A DNA stretch of 64,000 bases from sequence record NZ_CP145666.1, one strand, 5' to 3'. Both the position numbers and the translations under genes were made by a program. This DNA comes from a plasmid. Positions 1 through 9,374 of the stretch are shown here, piece after piece (position 1 is the first letter of the stretch; the number at the start of each line of letters is the position of its first letter). The notes under the pieces are model-generated. The model was not told the DNA's origin, did not search any database, and saw only the letters and a list, made by a program, of their open reading frames with translations.

Positions 1-202
1 CGCAAAGCTGGTGGAGGCATTGATCGTGTCGTTCCCAAATACCTACCTCTCAACAAAGGCGAATCATATCCACCAGCGAAATTTAAGGATGCAAGCCAGC
101 GAGAACTTGCGCTTATCGAACTGTATGAAGGTCAGCTTATTTGGTTGCGTGATGAGTTACGAAAAAACCGTGCAATTCGGCAGGCACTTTCACTTCGAAT
201 AA
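1..202 (+). CDS. 3' end of a gene truncated by the window start (hypothetical)
   Basis: Reading frame is open from base 2 to the stop at 202; no recognisable motif. Confidence 0.25.
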   Translation, partial: AKLVEALIVSFPNTYLSTKANHIHQRNLRMQASENLRLSNCMKVSLFGCVMSYEKTVQFGRHFHFE

Positions 203-267
203 CTCACCTAAGAAAACAGCTTTAGAAATACAAACCGCTCTGGAGTAAACATAACGGATATACATGA

Positions 268-294
268 ATACCAGGCGATGACCTGGTATTTTTG
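268..294 (+). terminator. rho-independent terminator-like hairpin
   Basis: ATACCAGG/CCTGGTAT stem followed by TTTTTG. Confidence 0.35.
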
Positions 295-339
295 TTAGTG
301 AGCCTTCAGGCGATCTGTTAGTGAGCCTTCAGGCGATAG
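294..339. repeat. 2 x 23-bp tandem repeat GTTAGTGAGCCTTCAGGCGAT
   Basis: Two near-identical adjacent copies seen directly in sequence. Confidence 0.7.
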
Positions 340-1101
340 CGGACTTATCGCGGCGGAAATGAATCAGGATGATCGCAATATGATCGCGAGTGTTTTCGCC
401 CGGGTATGATCGGGTGGGAATGCAGCGGACTATTTCGCGGGCGCGAATATGGAAGGTAAACAAAGCGGAAGCGATAGCGTCGGTTTTCTCTATTTTTACA
501 TCGGGAGGTTGAGCATGGTAATAATCAAACCGCACGATGTCGGAGGAAAGATGAATTTCCTCCGGGGGTTTTTATGGGCAACCGGAGGTTGCCCTGGTTT
601 TAATCGCCGGGGAAAACCAAAAGTGAATAACCAACATGGTTTTCCTCCGGGGGTTTTTGTCGCGGCGAGTACCGCTTAGAAATTGTGATCGGCTATCGAA
701 ACGGACAATATGAAGTCGATACCCTCGTTCGGAATAACTTCCCTCCCGATACACGCGTAAACAAAACGAAACCATTAACAAATTATCGCTCAGATTATCA
801 AAGTGGATCATCTCCGTCTCATACCAGCCAAATTCCCTTGTAAACCGATCTGTATTCGCAAAAGGATCCGTTATTGGGATAAAACCACGCCAGAATCGCC
901 TCAGAACGATTCTGAGCTTATCCCCCTGGTATTTTCACGATCGGATTGATTAAAACGCGCCTGAGCGTTTTGAGCGCGTTTTGTAGATCGACATATCTGT
1001 AAATTTCCTGAGTATGGTTTGGCTATGCCCTGATTTTGTTCCGAACGGGGAAGCCGTTATGATTAGGTCTGAATGTAAAGCACTTGTAGAGGTGATGCGG
1101 T

Positions 1102-1791
1102 ATGAGTCACGAGCGCATTGAGGTTTTTGGTGATGGAGGCAGCTGGATAGCCGAAAGGCTTAAGTCATTCAGGTTAACGATCTTGGGTCAAAGTGAGTCG
1201 TTGTCTATCGTCAGGAACCCGACTGACAATTCTGCCTGGGTGACTCACGATGATACCGGCCTTGTTTTATGTCCCCTCCATGTTGATGGTTCGTTGGCCC
1301 CGGATATCGCTGAAGCTACTGAGACGGTGGAGAAATACATCTCCCGAGTGAGCCCTGCGGGAATATCAGCACGGATAAAGCAAGCCCGTAACCACCTGGA
1401 TAGAATTGCCGCACCGGTAGACTCACGTTCTGCGGCAGCACTGTTAAGACGTGGCGGAATCCCGATTCTCTCACTGCGAACCACGGAATATCTGAAGTGG
1501 TACGAGTTGTTAGCGAGACTGGCGAAAGGTCAGGCTCTGTCACCATCCATCTGGGTGGATAACTACCTTGCCGGTGATACACCAGAAAGTGCATGGGCTA
1601 ATGGACGCGGACTCTATGAGTTAATCAACAATGGGAATATGACATCAGCCAATACGATTTTCCCGGTCTGGTATTCTGTAGCTCTCGCACTGGGAAGATT
1701 CACAACAGAAGAACTACCTGTGATGAACGCCTGGCCGAGCTATTGTGATGGAACCCGTGTGGAGAGTTTTATCCAGTTGTATCGTGATTAA
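1102..1791 (+). CDS. hypothetical protein (229 aa)
   Basis: Long ORF; GAGGTG RBS upstream of the ATG. Confidence 0.55.
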   Translation: MSHERIEVFGDGGSWIAERLKSFRLTILGQSESLSIVRNPTDNSAWVTHDDTGLVLCPLHVDGSLAPDIAEATETVEKYISRVSPAGISARIKQARNHLDRIAAPVDSRSAAALLRRGGIPILSLRTTEYLKWYELLARLAKGQALSPSIWVDNYLAGDTPESAWANGRGLYELINNGNMTSANTIFPVWYSVALALGRFTTEELPVMNAWPSYCDGTRVESFIQLYRD

Positions 1792-1866
1792 TTCTTATTC
1801 ATATGTCATATGATTAACGCTAAAGAAGATCTGCGGTAAGTCTGGCCGTTACCCGGAACCCCGGGA

Positions 1867-1922
1867 CAGACCGAAACTTGCTTTCGGGTTGTCTCGGGGT
1901 TGGCCGAGCGAAGCGCTGGCAA
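1867..1922. repeat. ~56-bp direct repeat, copy 1 (hairpin CCGAAA..TTTCGG plus palindromic AGCGAAGCGCT)
   Basis: Near-identical copy at 2199-2255; the pair flanks a small ORF. Confidence 0.7.
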
Positions 1923-1950
1923 GCACCACACCTATTTTGAGGAGAAGCCA

Positions 1951-2136
1951 ATGTTAATTTCGTATAAGAGCAAATTGAAATTAGGATCTATCGCACTATG
2001 TTCATTTGGTGTAGGTATGGGCGTTATGCTATCAAAAACCGTTCCACTATCTTTAAGCGCTGTAGTAGTACTCGCCTTTTTCTGGTTACTCTCAATCATT
2101 TGTTTAGGGGTTGCTGCTTTCTTTTGTTCCGATTGA
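1951..2136 (+). CDS. small hydrophobic membrane protein (61 aa)
   Basis: GAGGAG RBS; two predicted TM segments; flanked by the direct repeats. Confidence 0.4.
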   Translation: MLISYKSKLKLGSIALCSFGVGMGVMLSKTVPLSLSAVVVLAFFWLLSIICLGVAAFFCSD

Positions 2137-2198
2137 AATTGTGTAGTTCATACAGTACCCCGAATAATCCCCGCCTTTGTCAGTAGATAACCGTGAGG

Positions 2199-2255
2199 CA
2201 GACCGAAACTTGTTTTCGGGCTGTCGAGGGGTTGGCCGAGCGAAGCGCTGGCAAG
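2199..2255. repeat. ~56-bp direct repeat, copy 2
   Basis: Matches 1867-1922 with 4-5 mismatches. Confidence 0.7.
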
Positions 2256-2385
2256 TACAGACCATATTGTTCCCCCTGCATTTCTCATCGCTAAATTCTT
2301 TCTTGAAATATCGTCAGATTCCCTGTTTGTCACCCACCAGCCTCATGTTGTTATTGACCTAACTGCCATTCAATGGGAAGCAACA

Positions 2386-2949
2386 ATGTTTAATTTAATC
2401 GCGAAGGCTAAAGAAGCAGGTTATCAATTCTGGATCAGTGCCTCCAAGGTACTGACAGTTACTACCGGAACCGAGATGGGGCTGACGATTATTAAAACTG
2501 TAACTGATATTAACCCTTGCTTGCTGGTGGCGGAGTTAATGAACCTTGGGATCACGTTATCCCCAGATAATAATTATTTCTGCTGGTTGGATAGCGAAGG
2601 TGTCCTTTGGGCCGTTGACCGCCACCATCTCTATCGAGGAAATACAGGGGAGCATGGGGTAAACTGGGATGTCGTCTATCATCACGGCATGGTAATTAAT
2701 ACCCCTGAGCAGGCATCCATCCTTTTCAAAATTCCCCACATTGGGCGCTTTACTGCCACTGTAATGTATAGCGCTGGCTATACACCCGACTGGGCTCTTC
2801 CAGCCTTTGTTGATTTTTCTGGTGAACCGGATCATGAAACAATACTGTCGTGGTTATCCGAGGTAGGCATTCGTAATGCAGGAATGCATCTCGAAGATAT
2901 TGAGTTTCTTTCTGTTGAAGAAAATCCCGACGCTTATATCTCTCTTTAA
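2386..2949 (+). CDS. hypothetical protein (187 aa)
   Basis: ORF with GGGAAG RBS; first gene of a tight two-gene unit. Confidence 0.5.
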   Translation: MFNLIAKAKEAGYQFWISASKVLTVTTGTEMGLTIIKTVTDINPCLLVAELMNLGITLSPDNNYFCWLDSEGVLWAVDRHHLYRGNTGEHGVNWDVVYHHGMVINTPEQASILFKIPHIGRFTATVMYSAGYTPDWALPAFVDFSGEPDHETILSWLSEVGIRNAGMHLEDIEFLSVEENPDAYISL

Positions 2950-2961
2950 TGAGGTCTCTGT

Positions 2962-3378
2962 ATGTCAAACGTTAAACCTTATTCCTGGGTAGTTCGCTTC
3001 GATGTTGCTCCTCAGTGGGTAGCTGACGGCTTTATCATGACAGATACCACAGCTCTCGAAATGCTATCTGATGTTATCAACTATGCAAACGATCACGAAC
3101 TTGCCGCATTGGTTATTTCAGCACCCGATGCAGAAAGAATTTCCGAGGAGCAAGGCTATTTGGCTTCTAACAATGCGGAGCTAATGCGTCAGGTGCTAAT
3201 CGGCTCACCGCAGGCATATGCTAAAGCATCTGTGGCAAATACCCTGCTAAAGGCTATAACCGCACTTGAGCAAACGCAGGATAATAAGCAGGTCGTTAAA
3301 GAACTGCATTCCAGCCTCGCTTTACTGACGGGCAATAAGCCTATTTCGGACATTATCTGGTTTCCAACCCCAGAATAA
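2962..3378 (+). CDS. hypothetical protein (138 aa)
   Basis: Starts 13 nt after the previous stop; co-oriented. Confidence 0.5.
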   Translation: MSNVKPYSWVVRFDVAPQWVADGFIMTDTTALEMLSDVINYANDHELAALVISAPDAERISEEQGYLASNNAELMRQVLIGSPQAYAKASVANTLLKAITALEQTQDNKQVVKELHSSLALLTGNKPISDIIWFPTPE

Positions 3379-3429
3379 TTCTTTCATAAAGAGCTTAAAT
3401 CTTTAGCTCATTTATTTATGGATTTTCTA

Positions 3430-3479
3430 TTCGTCAGCCACCCAGCGTGTGTTTAACTGAAGTTAGTAAACAAAACGAA
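3430..3479 (+). promoter_or_regulatory. conserved promoter/leader motif (TTCGTCAGCC ... TAGTAAACAAAACGAA)
   Basis: Member of a ~20-copy intergenic motif family; lies 21 nt upstream of the ATG at 3500. Confidence 0.55.
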
Positions 3480-3499
3480 AAACATACGCGGGGTGATTT

Positions 3500-3751
3500 A
3501 TGAATACTGCAATTCATCAAGTACGAAATAACGTTCGTCGCACTACATCTGCACGTCCTGTTTGTTATCCAGTTCGCCCGCAGACAGAGAAAGAACTTTT
3601 TTCTGTAGGCCGCAGCCTCTGGTATCGCTACACCACTTCATTTGGCCCGTGCCGTGAAGTTCACCATCATCATGTGCAGCAGCTTGCACACCTGGTGGGT
3701 AAATCTGTTGGCTATGTTGAACATGCCATTAATCATTACCTCACGCATTGA
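3500..3751 (+). CDS. hypothetical protein (83 aa, His-rich)
   Basis: RBS GCGGGG; first gene of a four-gene tight cluster. Confidence 0.5.
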   Translation: MNTAIHQVRNNVRRTTSARPVCYPVRPQTEKELFSVGRSLWYRYTTSFGPCREVHHHHVQQLAHLVGKSVGYVEHAINHYLTH

Positions 3752-3766
3752 ACGAGGCGGCTTAAT

Positions 3767-4039
3767 ATGTCTACTCAAATCTATTGTGCGGTGCTTCGCC
3801 ATTTCATGATGATGGCTGCATCCTCCCAGCACTCATTGATTGTGCTGAAGCAATTATATAACGCAGAGATTTCATCGAAAGCTCACCTGGCCGGTCTCTC
3901 CGTGTCCGAAGCTGAAGCGCTCCTGGCTCTACCATCCACCAGCTGGCGCAAACGCGATGATGTAATTCATGAGCTGAACATTCGCCTTAAGCAACTCACT
4001 AGCGTAGCCACACCGCCAGCTCAACAAGTCGCAAACTGA
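3767..4039 (+). CDS. hypothetical protein (90 aa)
   Basis: Tightly spaced after the previous gene. Confidence 0.5.
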   Translation: MSTQIYCAVLRHFMMMAASSQHSLIVLKQLYNAEISSKAHLAGLSVSEAEALLALPSTSWRKRDDVIHELNIRLKQLTSVATPPAQQVAN

Positions 4040-4052
4040 AGGAGTCTATAAC

Positions 4053-4436
4053 ATGCTGCCATTTCTCATTTTGCTGTTCTGCTCATCGCCTGAGACGGCG
4101 CGAATGATCCTAATCTACGCTACCGATGAATCTGCGGCCCGCCTCCAGGCGCTTGAAGATTTCGCACGTCTGAATGATTCGGGTTTTGCTGCTTCCGCCC
4201 AAACCCCATATGAGTGGGAGAATCCTCACGGTGACCAGCTCTTTATTGAGTCGGTATACCCGGTTCCATCCGGCGATTTATCTGCTATCCGCCGTATGCT
4301 CGGGGATGACGATGCCCCATATACCGACAAGCACCTTATTGCCGGTTTACCGGAGGACAGCCGACGTATCCAGATGATTGAACCGAATGCCGGTACTCTT
4401 TCTCGTATTGCTCAGGCAGAGCAGTACCTTCAGTAG
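4053..4436 (+). CDS. hypothetical protein (127 aa)
   Basis: Strong GAAGGAG RBS. Confidence 0.55.
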   Translation: MLPFLILLFCSSPETARMILIYATDESAARLQALEDFARLNDSGFAASAQTPYEWENPHGDQLFIESVYPVPSGDLSAIRRMLGDDDAPYTDKHLIAGLPEDSRRIQMIEPNAGTLSRIAQAEQYLQ

Positions 4437-4498
4437 ACTTGTGTTCCGACCGCCCACCAGCAGGTGGGCTTCGGGCTAATTTCCTGTACGAGGTATGT

Positions 4499-5203
4499 AT
4501 GCAAGGTACACCACGCTGGTGGCAGAACGGTCGTCGGGTGCAGGCCGTTCTCGCAGAGAATCAGACCGCAGATGTAAGGCTCAATATCGGCCCAGAAAAT
4601 GACTTCTGGTTTACTGATGATGGTAATAATCCTGTTGCTGTGCTTAGGGTTATCGGCCCGGTCTGTCCACTGGATCCGCTAAAATTCACCTCCAGTATCA
4701 CTGATGTCCTTCCTGAAGATGTCCATAGCTATAAAAAAGCCCTTCAGGAACACCAGATGATAAACCGGCCTGTCTCGTTCTATCTTGCACTTGCCGATGC
4801 CTGGTTGCTTGTTAACGAACAGCAGCCGGTTTACCAGTTCCGCATCCGAAACCAGTACAACGGCATGACTACTGAATGGAATTCCGTTGCCCGGGACAAA
4901 GTCATTGAAGTGATTAAGATGCAGCCGGAAACCGCTGAATTCCGGGTTCTCGTCCCATCGGCTCCTGAGCCTGCTGCGAATGCCCGGCAGTTGATCTCAG
5001 AAATTGAAGGTCTGCGTGAAGCTATTGGGAAACTCTACCCGGCAAATACTGATGTACGTCGTATTGCCAGAAACAGCGGCTGGATGCATGTATACGACGA
5101 CACCAATGCCAAAATGAACTTTGCAGACAATGCCAGAAATACCCCTTATCTCGATGCCTTTGTGACTCAACTGCATCTCTTCCTCACAGATGATCGAGAG
5201 TAG
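4499..5203 (+). CDS. hypothetical protein (234 aa)
   Basis: In-frame ATG with GAGG RBS (the track ORF starts at 4439); preceded by a CCCACC/GGTGGG hairpin. Confidence 0.5.
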   Translation: MQGTPRWWQNGRRVQAVLAENQTADVRLNIGPENDFWFTDDGNNPVAVLRVIGPVCPLDPLKFTSSITDVLPEDVHSYKKALQEHQMINRPVSFYLALADAWLLVNEQQPVYQFRIRNQYNGMTTEWNSVARDKVIEVIKMQPETAEFRVLVPSAPEPAANARQLISEIEGLREAIGKLYPANTDVRRIARNSGWMHVYDDTNAKMNFADNARNTPYLDAFVTQLHLFLTDDRE

Positions 5204-5371
5204 ATGTAAAACCTCCCTGAATCTTTCTGCTCTAACCAGCGCTGTCATATAGCATTTTTTTGACGGCGCTGCCGGTTGCGCTTTTATCAAACATGGTAAA
5301 TACATTGTTTCATGCTGTCTGGCTCCCGGGCGCGGAGTTATCGTTGATGGAACCAAGTTGAGATATTCGAA

Positions 5372-6544
5372 ATGAAAAGACCAACGGCACATAAAAATGA
5401 CCGTCTGCCGGTGCGAAGATCTAACCCTACAACGCCTCAAGCAAGAGAGCGCGTTATTGCCGGGCTGGTGGCCTCAGCTACATCTGACTTCGTCTACCTC
5501 GTTCAGTGGCTGAAATCAGGAAAGCAGAACGGTGACCCTCTACAGCTATCCAGATGGGATAGCCTGAGAAATGCAATAAGTCACCTTGAGACGCTTGATG
5601 CTGGTGTACAACCTGACTGGCGCAAAGTCCTCACCCTGGTGTCGCGGGAAATTCATACCAGCCATAATGTCCAGGCGGTTGTTACTCCTCCGTCTAAAAT
5701 CGCCGGTGGTATACTCAGCAACCTTAACGACATCAGCCAGAAGATAGCGACCGGGCTTGCTTCCCCTGACATGCTCGGCAGGCTCGATTATATGCTTCAG
5801 TTGACCGCAGGCCTGGCAGGTGGTGATGATCTGGCGCAAAGCATCCGTAAGGTTTCAGACAGTGCAGAAAAAGCCCTACGTGGTTATGACAAGCCGCAGG
5901 CAAAGGCCAAAACGCCTAAACCGGCCCCACCAGCTCCTGCATTCCGGGATGATCAGACGTTCAGGCAAGAGTGTGCGCCACTGATTGGGGTTGATGACCT
6001 CTTTGTTCTGGCTAATTGCCTTATTGCGATGTCCGCCCGCCTGGGCCGTTCTCCTGTCAGCCTAGCGAAACGCGCAGCGGGTTTAAAAGGTGTGATTAAA
6101 CCCGATATGCTGGCTGACCTGCTGGAGCTCTTACAGCAGGACGTGGATCTGACCGCCCTGGCCCCGCCACCCAGGGTTAAAGACGATAATAGCCGCAGTG
6201 ATGGAGGTAAGCTCGTCGGTTTAACCGGGGTCGTCGAAGGTGGCGCGTCAATCGGTGCTGAAGCGCAGCGTATCATCACCGCAGAACTGAAGAAGCACTC
6301 GCCGCTCACTTCGGCGCAGCGCGTATCTTTCGATACCGCCCGTGCGGGTCTGGCGCTGGAGAGCGATACATTCCGGGTTATTGAAGAGATCAGACGTATT
6401 GCAGCATCACTCAACTGGAGACCGCTGGCTGTCGCGGCCCATGCCGCGCATAAATCGCCTGGTATCCGCCCGGAGATTGCCGGGGATGTGATCACGTTGC
6501 TGGCGCAGGATGAGGCCTTAACCACCAGCAAGCCTAGCCGTTAA
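5372..6544 (+). CDS. hypothetical protein (390 aa, Ala/Leu-rich)
   Basis: Long ORF; no recognisable catalytic motif. Confidence 0.55.
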   Translation: MKRPTAHKNDRLPVRRSNPTTPQARERVIAGLVASATSDFVYLVQWLKSGKQNGDPLQLSRWDSLRNAISHLETLDAGVQPDWRKVLTLVSREIHTSHNVQAVVTPPSKIAGGILSNLNDISQKIATGLASPDMLGRLDYMLQLTAGLAGGDDLAQSIRKVSDSAEKALRGYDKPQAKAKTPKPAPPAPAFRDDQTFRQECAPLIGVDDLFVLANCLIAMSARLGRSPVSLAKRAAGLKGVIKPDMLADLLELLQQDVDLTALAPPPRVKDDNSRSDGGKLVGLTGVVEGGASIGAEAQRIITAELKKHSPLTSAQRVSFDTARAGLALESDTFRVIEEIRRIAASLNWRPLAVAAHAAHKSPGIRPEIAGDVITLLAQDEALTTSKPSR

Positions 6545-6705
6545 GTACCTGCCGCGCTGACTACAGCTTACCTCGCGATATTGCACCAGCAGCTCAGAAA
6601 TAATACCGGTATAAACGTCCGCGTTTTGCCGGTATTTTAATTCGCCCTATTTTTAGAATTAGCGATAATAGCGTTGCTTATTACGTATTTTTACACTCAG
6701 AAACC

Positions 6706-6716
6706 TTCGTCACATG
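6706..6716 (+). promoter_or_regulatory. promoter-motif copy (TTCGTCACATG) with no downstream protein gene
   Basis: Its extended flank matches the copy at 57075; followed only by start-stop and 8-11-codon mini-ORFs. Confidence 0.4.
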
Positions 6717-7176
6717 AATAGGGTATGGTTCACTGAATAGACAAAGACGTTAAATCTGGTCAGCTACAGAAAGGAGGATTTATGTAAATGCTCTCGTTAC
6801 GTTCAAACTCTTAAAAAACTGCCGCGCCTGCCTATATAAGCCAGGCTGTAGACCTGAAGTCTACAAATTTAGCGTTACTGACAATTCACAATCCAGTGAA
6901 CCGGCCCACACTAAGGAGGTTATATGCGAACGCGTAACTTTAAATCTGAGTCTATGTAATCTGATCAGCTGGCGCTGCCGAGAATGGCGGACTCCGCTAC
7001 CCCGGTGATAGACCGGGGTAGCAGGAAGAAAGAGTAACGATTTACCGGTTTTAAAACCAAATTTTCGTCAAATGGGATACAAGCGCCCAAGGCCGGTTCC
7101 CGTCTGACAGACCGAAGTTGTGATGTGTGCATCGCCCCCCTGGAAGTTGTTTTATTGAATTGCTGTGTGTAGTTTT

Positions 7177-7203
7177 GCGGGGATAATACCCCGCTTTTTT
7201 TTT
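7177..7203 (+). terminator. rho-independent terminator
   Basis: GCGGGG-ATAATA-CCCCGC stem-loop followed by T9. Confidence 0.6.
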
Positions 7204-7214
7204 GCTTATTCTTC

Positions 7215-7225
7215 TTCGTCACCCC
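7215..7225 (+). promoter_or_regulatory. promoter-motif copy (TTCGTCACCCC), upstream box only
   Basis: Intergenic, upstream of the gene at 7331. Confidence 0.35.
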
Positions 7226-7330
7226 ACCTTCCTGTGCCATCATACGTATAGAAAATAACTTTTCACTTCTGACCCTTTTTCAGTTGAAGTCTTATGATTT
7301 GATATTCCGCTAATACACACACATTAAGGA

Positions 7331-7672
7331 ATGAAAATGAGCAACGATATTCATAACAAAATTGCTGATGCTTTAGCTTCTGTTGGTTTAAAACTTTCCG
7401 ATGGATATACCCGGGCCGCACTCTTACTGAAGATGAAAGGTTCAGTTAGTCTCAATTTTGCTGTTGATGGCAAACCTGTCACTGTCACTCTCCATATGAC
7501 TGAATCGGGTGATGTTACTGCTACCACTGATTATGACGATTCAACCGCTACTGCCGCAGCAGCAGCCGCAGCCACTACAACGCCAACACAAGAGTCGGTG
7601 GAAAAACCAGCAGAAGAGTCGGTGGAAGAGCCAGAAAAAAGTAATACACGAAAAGGCCCAAGGCCTAAGTAA
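7331..7672 (+). CDS. hypothetical protein (113 aa, Ala/Thr-rich acidic C-terminus)
   Basis: AAGGAA RBS; terminator immediately downstream. Confidence 0.55.
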   Translation: MKMSNDIHNKIADALASVGLKLSDGYTRAALLLKMKGSVSLNFAVDGKPVTVTLHMTESGDVTATTDYDDSTATAAAAAAATTTPTQESVEKPAEESVEEPEKSNTRKGPRPK

Positions 7673-7720
7673 TAACTGCGCTGGAACTACATGTTGGCAT
7701 AATTATAAATATCAAAACTG

Positions 7721-7745
7721 GCGGGGTTAAATCCCCGCTTTTTTA
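7721..7745 (+). terminator. rho-independent terminator
   Basis: GCGGGG-TTAAAT-CCCCGC stem-loop followed by T6. Confidence 0.6.
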
Positions 7746-7757
7746 TGCCCGATTTCC

Positions 7758-7802
7758 TTCGTCACCTGAATACCCCGTGAGACTATAAGTAAACAAAACG
7801 AA
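7758..7802 (+). promoter_or_regulatory. conserved promoter/leader motif, full copy
   Basis: TTCGTCACCTG ... TATAAGTAAACAAAACGAA; the ATG at 7820 lies 18 nt downstream. Confidence 0.55.
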
Positions 7803-7819
7803 CAACACGGGGCAACGCC

Positions 7820-8413
7820 ATGACCACCAGCAAAGAGAAAAATGTATTCTACGTTCACTACTATGAATCCGACTCCAGTGGTGGCGAACTGCCACTGATG
7901 CGCATTGAAGCGGAGAACGAAGATGAAGCCAACCTGATCTGTCTTCGCAACCTCGCGGATGTTTATGACGTTGATCATGACGACATCAGTCTTGAAGACG
8001 GCTTCGAAGTGAACGGCAATAGCGTTTATCTGCAAGGTATCTACCCGGCGACCTCAGAGCAGGCACTGGTAGTTGATGCGGTATTTAATATGACTTCTGT
8101 AGAACCAGTCGCTGAGGCTGTGACCGGCACGGCGGAATCCGCCTGCGGTATCAGCCTGGTCTCTGATAAGGTCTGGCTGGAAAGCTGGTTCGACCTCGAA
8201 GACAAATTTGCTGATCAGATGGCCCACGTCGCTGAAGATGACAAGTCTGATACACGCTTCTTGCTCTACCGTGACCAGGTCATCGATGTGCGTGAATGCG
8301 AGACATCTTCTGTCCCAGGCTGGGATCTCCAGTTCGGCTTGAGCGGCGGTACGCAGATGCTATTCATTCGCCTTTCTGATGATGGCGATCACGTTGCACT
8401 GGGTCTCGAATAA
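7820..8413 (+). CDS. hypothetical acidic protein (197 aa)
   Basis: ORF directly downstream of a motif copy. Confidence 0.55.
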   Translation: MTTSKEKNVFYVHYYESDSSGGELPLMRIEAENEDEANLICLRNLADVYDVDHDDISLEDGFEVNGNSVYLQGIYPATSEQALVVDAVFNMTSVEPVAEAVTGTAESACGISLVSDKVWLESWFDLEDKFADQMAHVAEDDKSDTRFLLYRDQVIDVRECETSSVPGWDLQFGLSGGTQMLFIRLSDDGDHVALGLE

Positions 8414-8505
8414 CTGCTGCCTGCGCCCGGGCTTGTTTGCCCGGGTTGCTCCCCTCCCCTGAATCAAACCGAGTATCATGACATCATTCTGAGGAGTACC
8501 AGACG

Positions 8506-8772
8506 ATGAGCGAAGTAAAGCACTTCAGCATCACGAAAACCGTTGATTTTTACATCAATGAAGCATCCCCGGAAATTATTGCGGGCCGCAGGATCTATCT
8601 GGAAACCGTATTGATTCCTCGCCTTCGTACCGGCCTTGCCGTGCTCAATAAGATGGGCCTGACCGAGCGTGAAGATATGGAGCTGCGCGATGTGTACCAG
8701 CGTGGCGTGGAATTTTTTGACAAATTGTTCGATGGCCCTGTCCCGCAGGCCAATACCACCACCAGCCACTAA
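8506..8772 (+). CDS. hypothetical protein (88 aa)
   Basis: Strong GAGGAG RBS. Confidence 0.55.
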   Translation: MSEVKHFSITKTVDFYINEASPEIIAGRRIYLETVLIPRLRTGLAVLNKMGLTEREDMELRDVYQRGVEFFDKLFDGPVPQANTTTSH

Positions 8773-8808
8773 TCCGCAAATTTTGTCCTTTTTTTACCCG
8801 GCTCTGAC

Positions 8809-8853
8809 TTCGTCACCCGGGTAACCAGTGATTTAATAAGTAAACAAAACGAA
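8809..8853 (+). promoter_or_regulatory. conserved promoter/leader motif, full copy
   Basis: TTCGTCACCCGGG ... TTTAATAAGTAAACAAAACGAA. Confidence 0.55.
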
Positions 8854-8880
8854 CATACCAATAATCACTGGGGATGCACC

Positions 8881-9339
8881 ATGTTTAAAAGTCTGTCTGA
8901 ATTGATGACCAGCGTTGGCAAGACTGATGCGCATAAAGTCTCGATAGTCCAGGTTAAAACCGGTGTCACCTCGTGGGGCCGCAAAAACCAGTCATCCCGG
9001 CCTACGGCTGAATACCAGATCTGGATGGATACTCCTGACAACGACAGTCGTATCGTCCTGAAGCTGAATTTCGTGCTGAGTTCCCGCCGTAACCAGCCTG
9101 AGAAGAATGCGCCCCTGAATATTGAAATCAGCCAGTACGCTAACTGGGATACGGTGAAACGCGCCTGGGCGGAATGCGCTCCTGAACGCTATATGCGGCT
9201 GGAGAATGAAACGACAGATGAGTTTATGTCCACCAGCGGGGTCTGGGAAGAAGCATCCGTCATCACCAATGACATGCAGCCGGATTACCGCTACTTCTAT
9301 CCAGGCACGTCCTATTACGTGGCAAACGACAGCTACTGA
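8881..9339 (+). CDS. hypothetical protein (152 aa); paralogue of the 9375 gene
   Basis: Shares the V.TG(V/I)TSWG ... DxPDNxSRI ... FVL pattern with the next ORF. Confidence 0.55.
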   Translation: MFKSLSELMTSVGKTDAHKVSIVQVKTGVTSWGRKNQSSRPTAEYQIWMDTPDNDSRIVLKLNFVLSSRRNQPEKNAPLNIEISQYANWDTVKRAWAECAPERYMRLENETTDEFMSTSGVWEEASVITNDMQPDYRYFYPGTSYYVANDSY

Positions 9340-9374
9340 AGCCAGAAAACACACCATATAACCGAGGATCTACC

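Noticed and set aside
449-811. ORFs 449-679(+) and 572-811(-), and a possible hok/sok-like killer locus
   Set aside because: No Hok-like hydrophobic peptide is encoded. The ORFs overlap one another and run through terminator hairpins.
1867-2255. Possible tRNA or tmRNA genes in the 56-bp repeats
   Set aside because: No cloverleaf, no T-arm GTTCGAATC-like box and no acceptor-stem complementarity.
5953-6531. Minus-strand 192-aa ORF antisense to the 390-aa gene
   Set aside because: Ala/Ser/Arg-rich shadow ORF of a GC-rich coding region on the plus strand, with no start context.
6965-7243. Minus-strand 92-aa ORF in the non-coding locus
   Set aside because: Low-complexity, Lys-rich, with no RBS, and it runs through the plus-strand terminator and promoter-motif copies.
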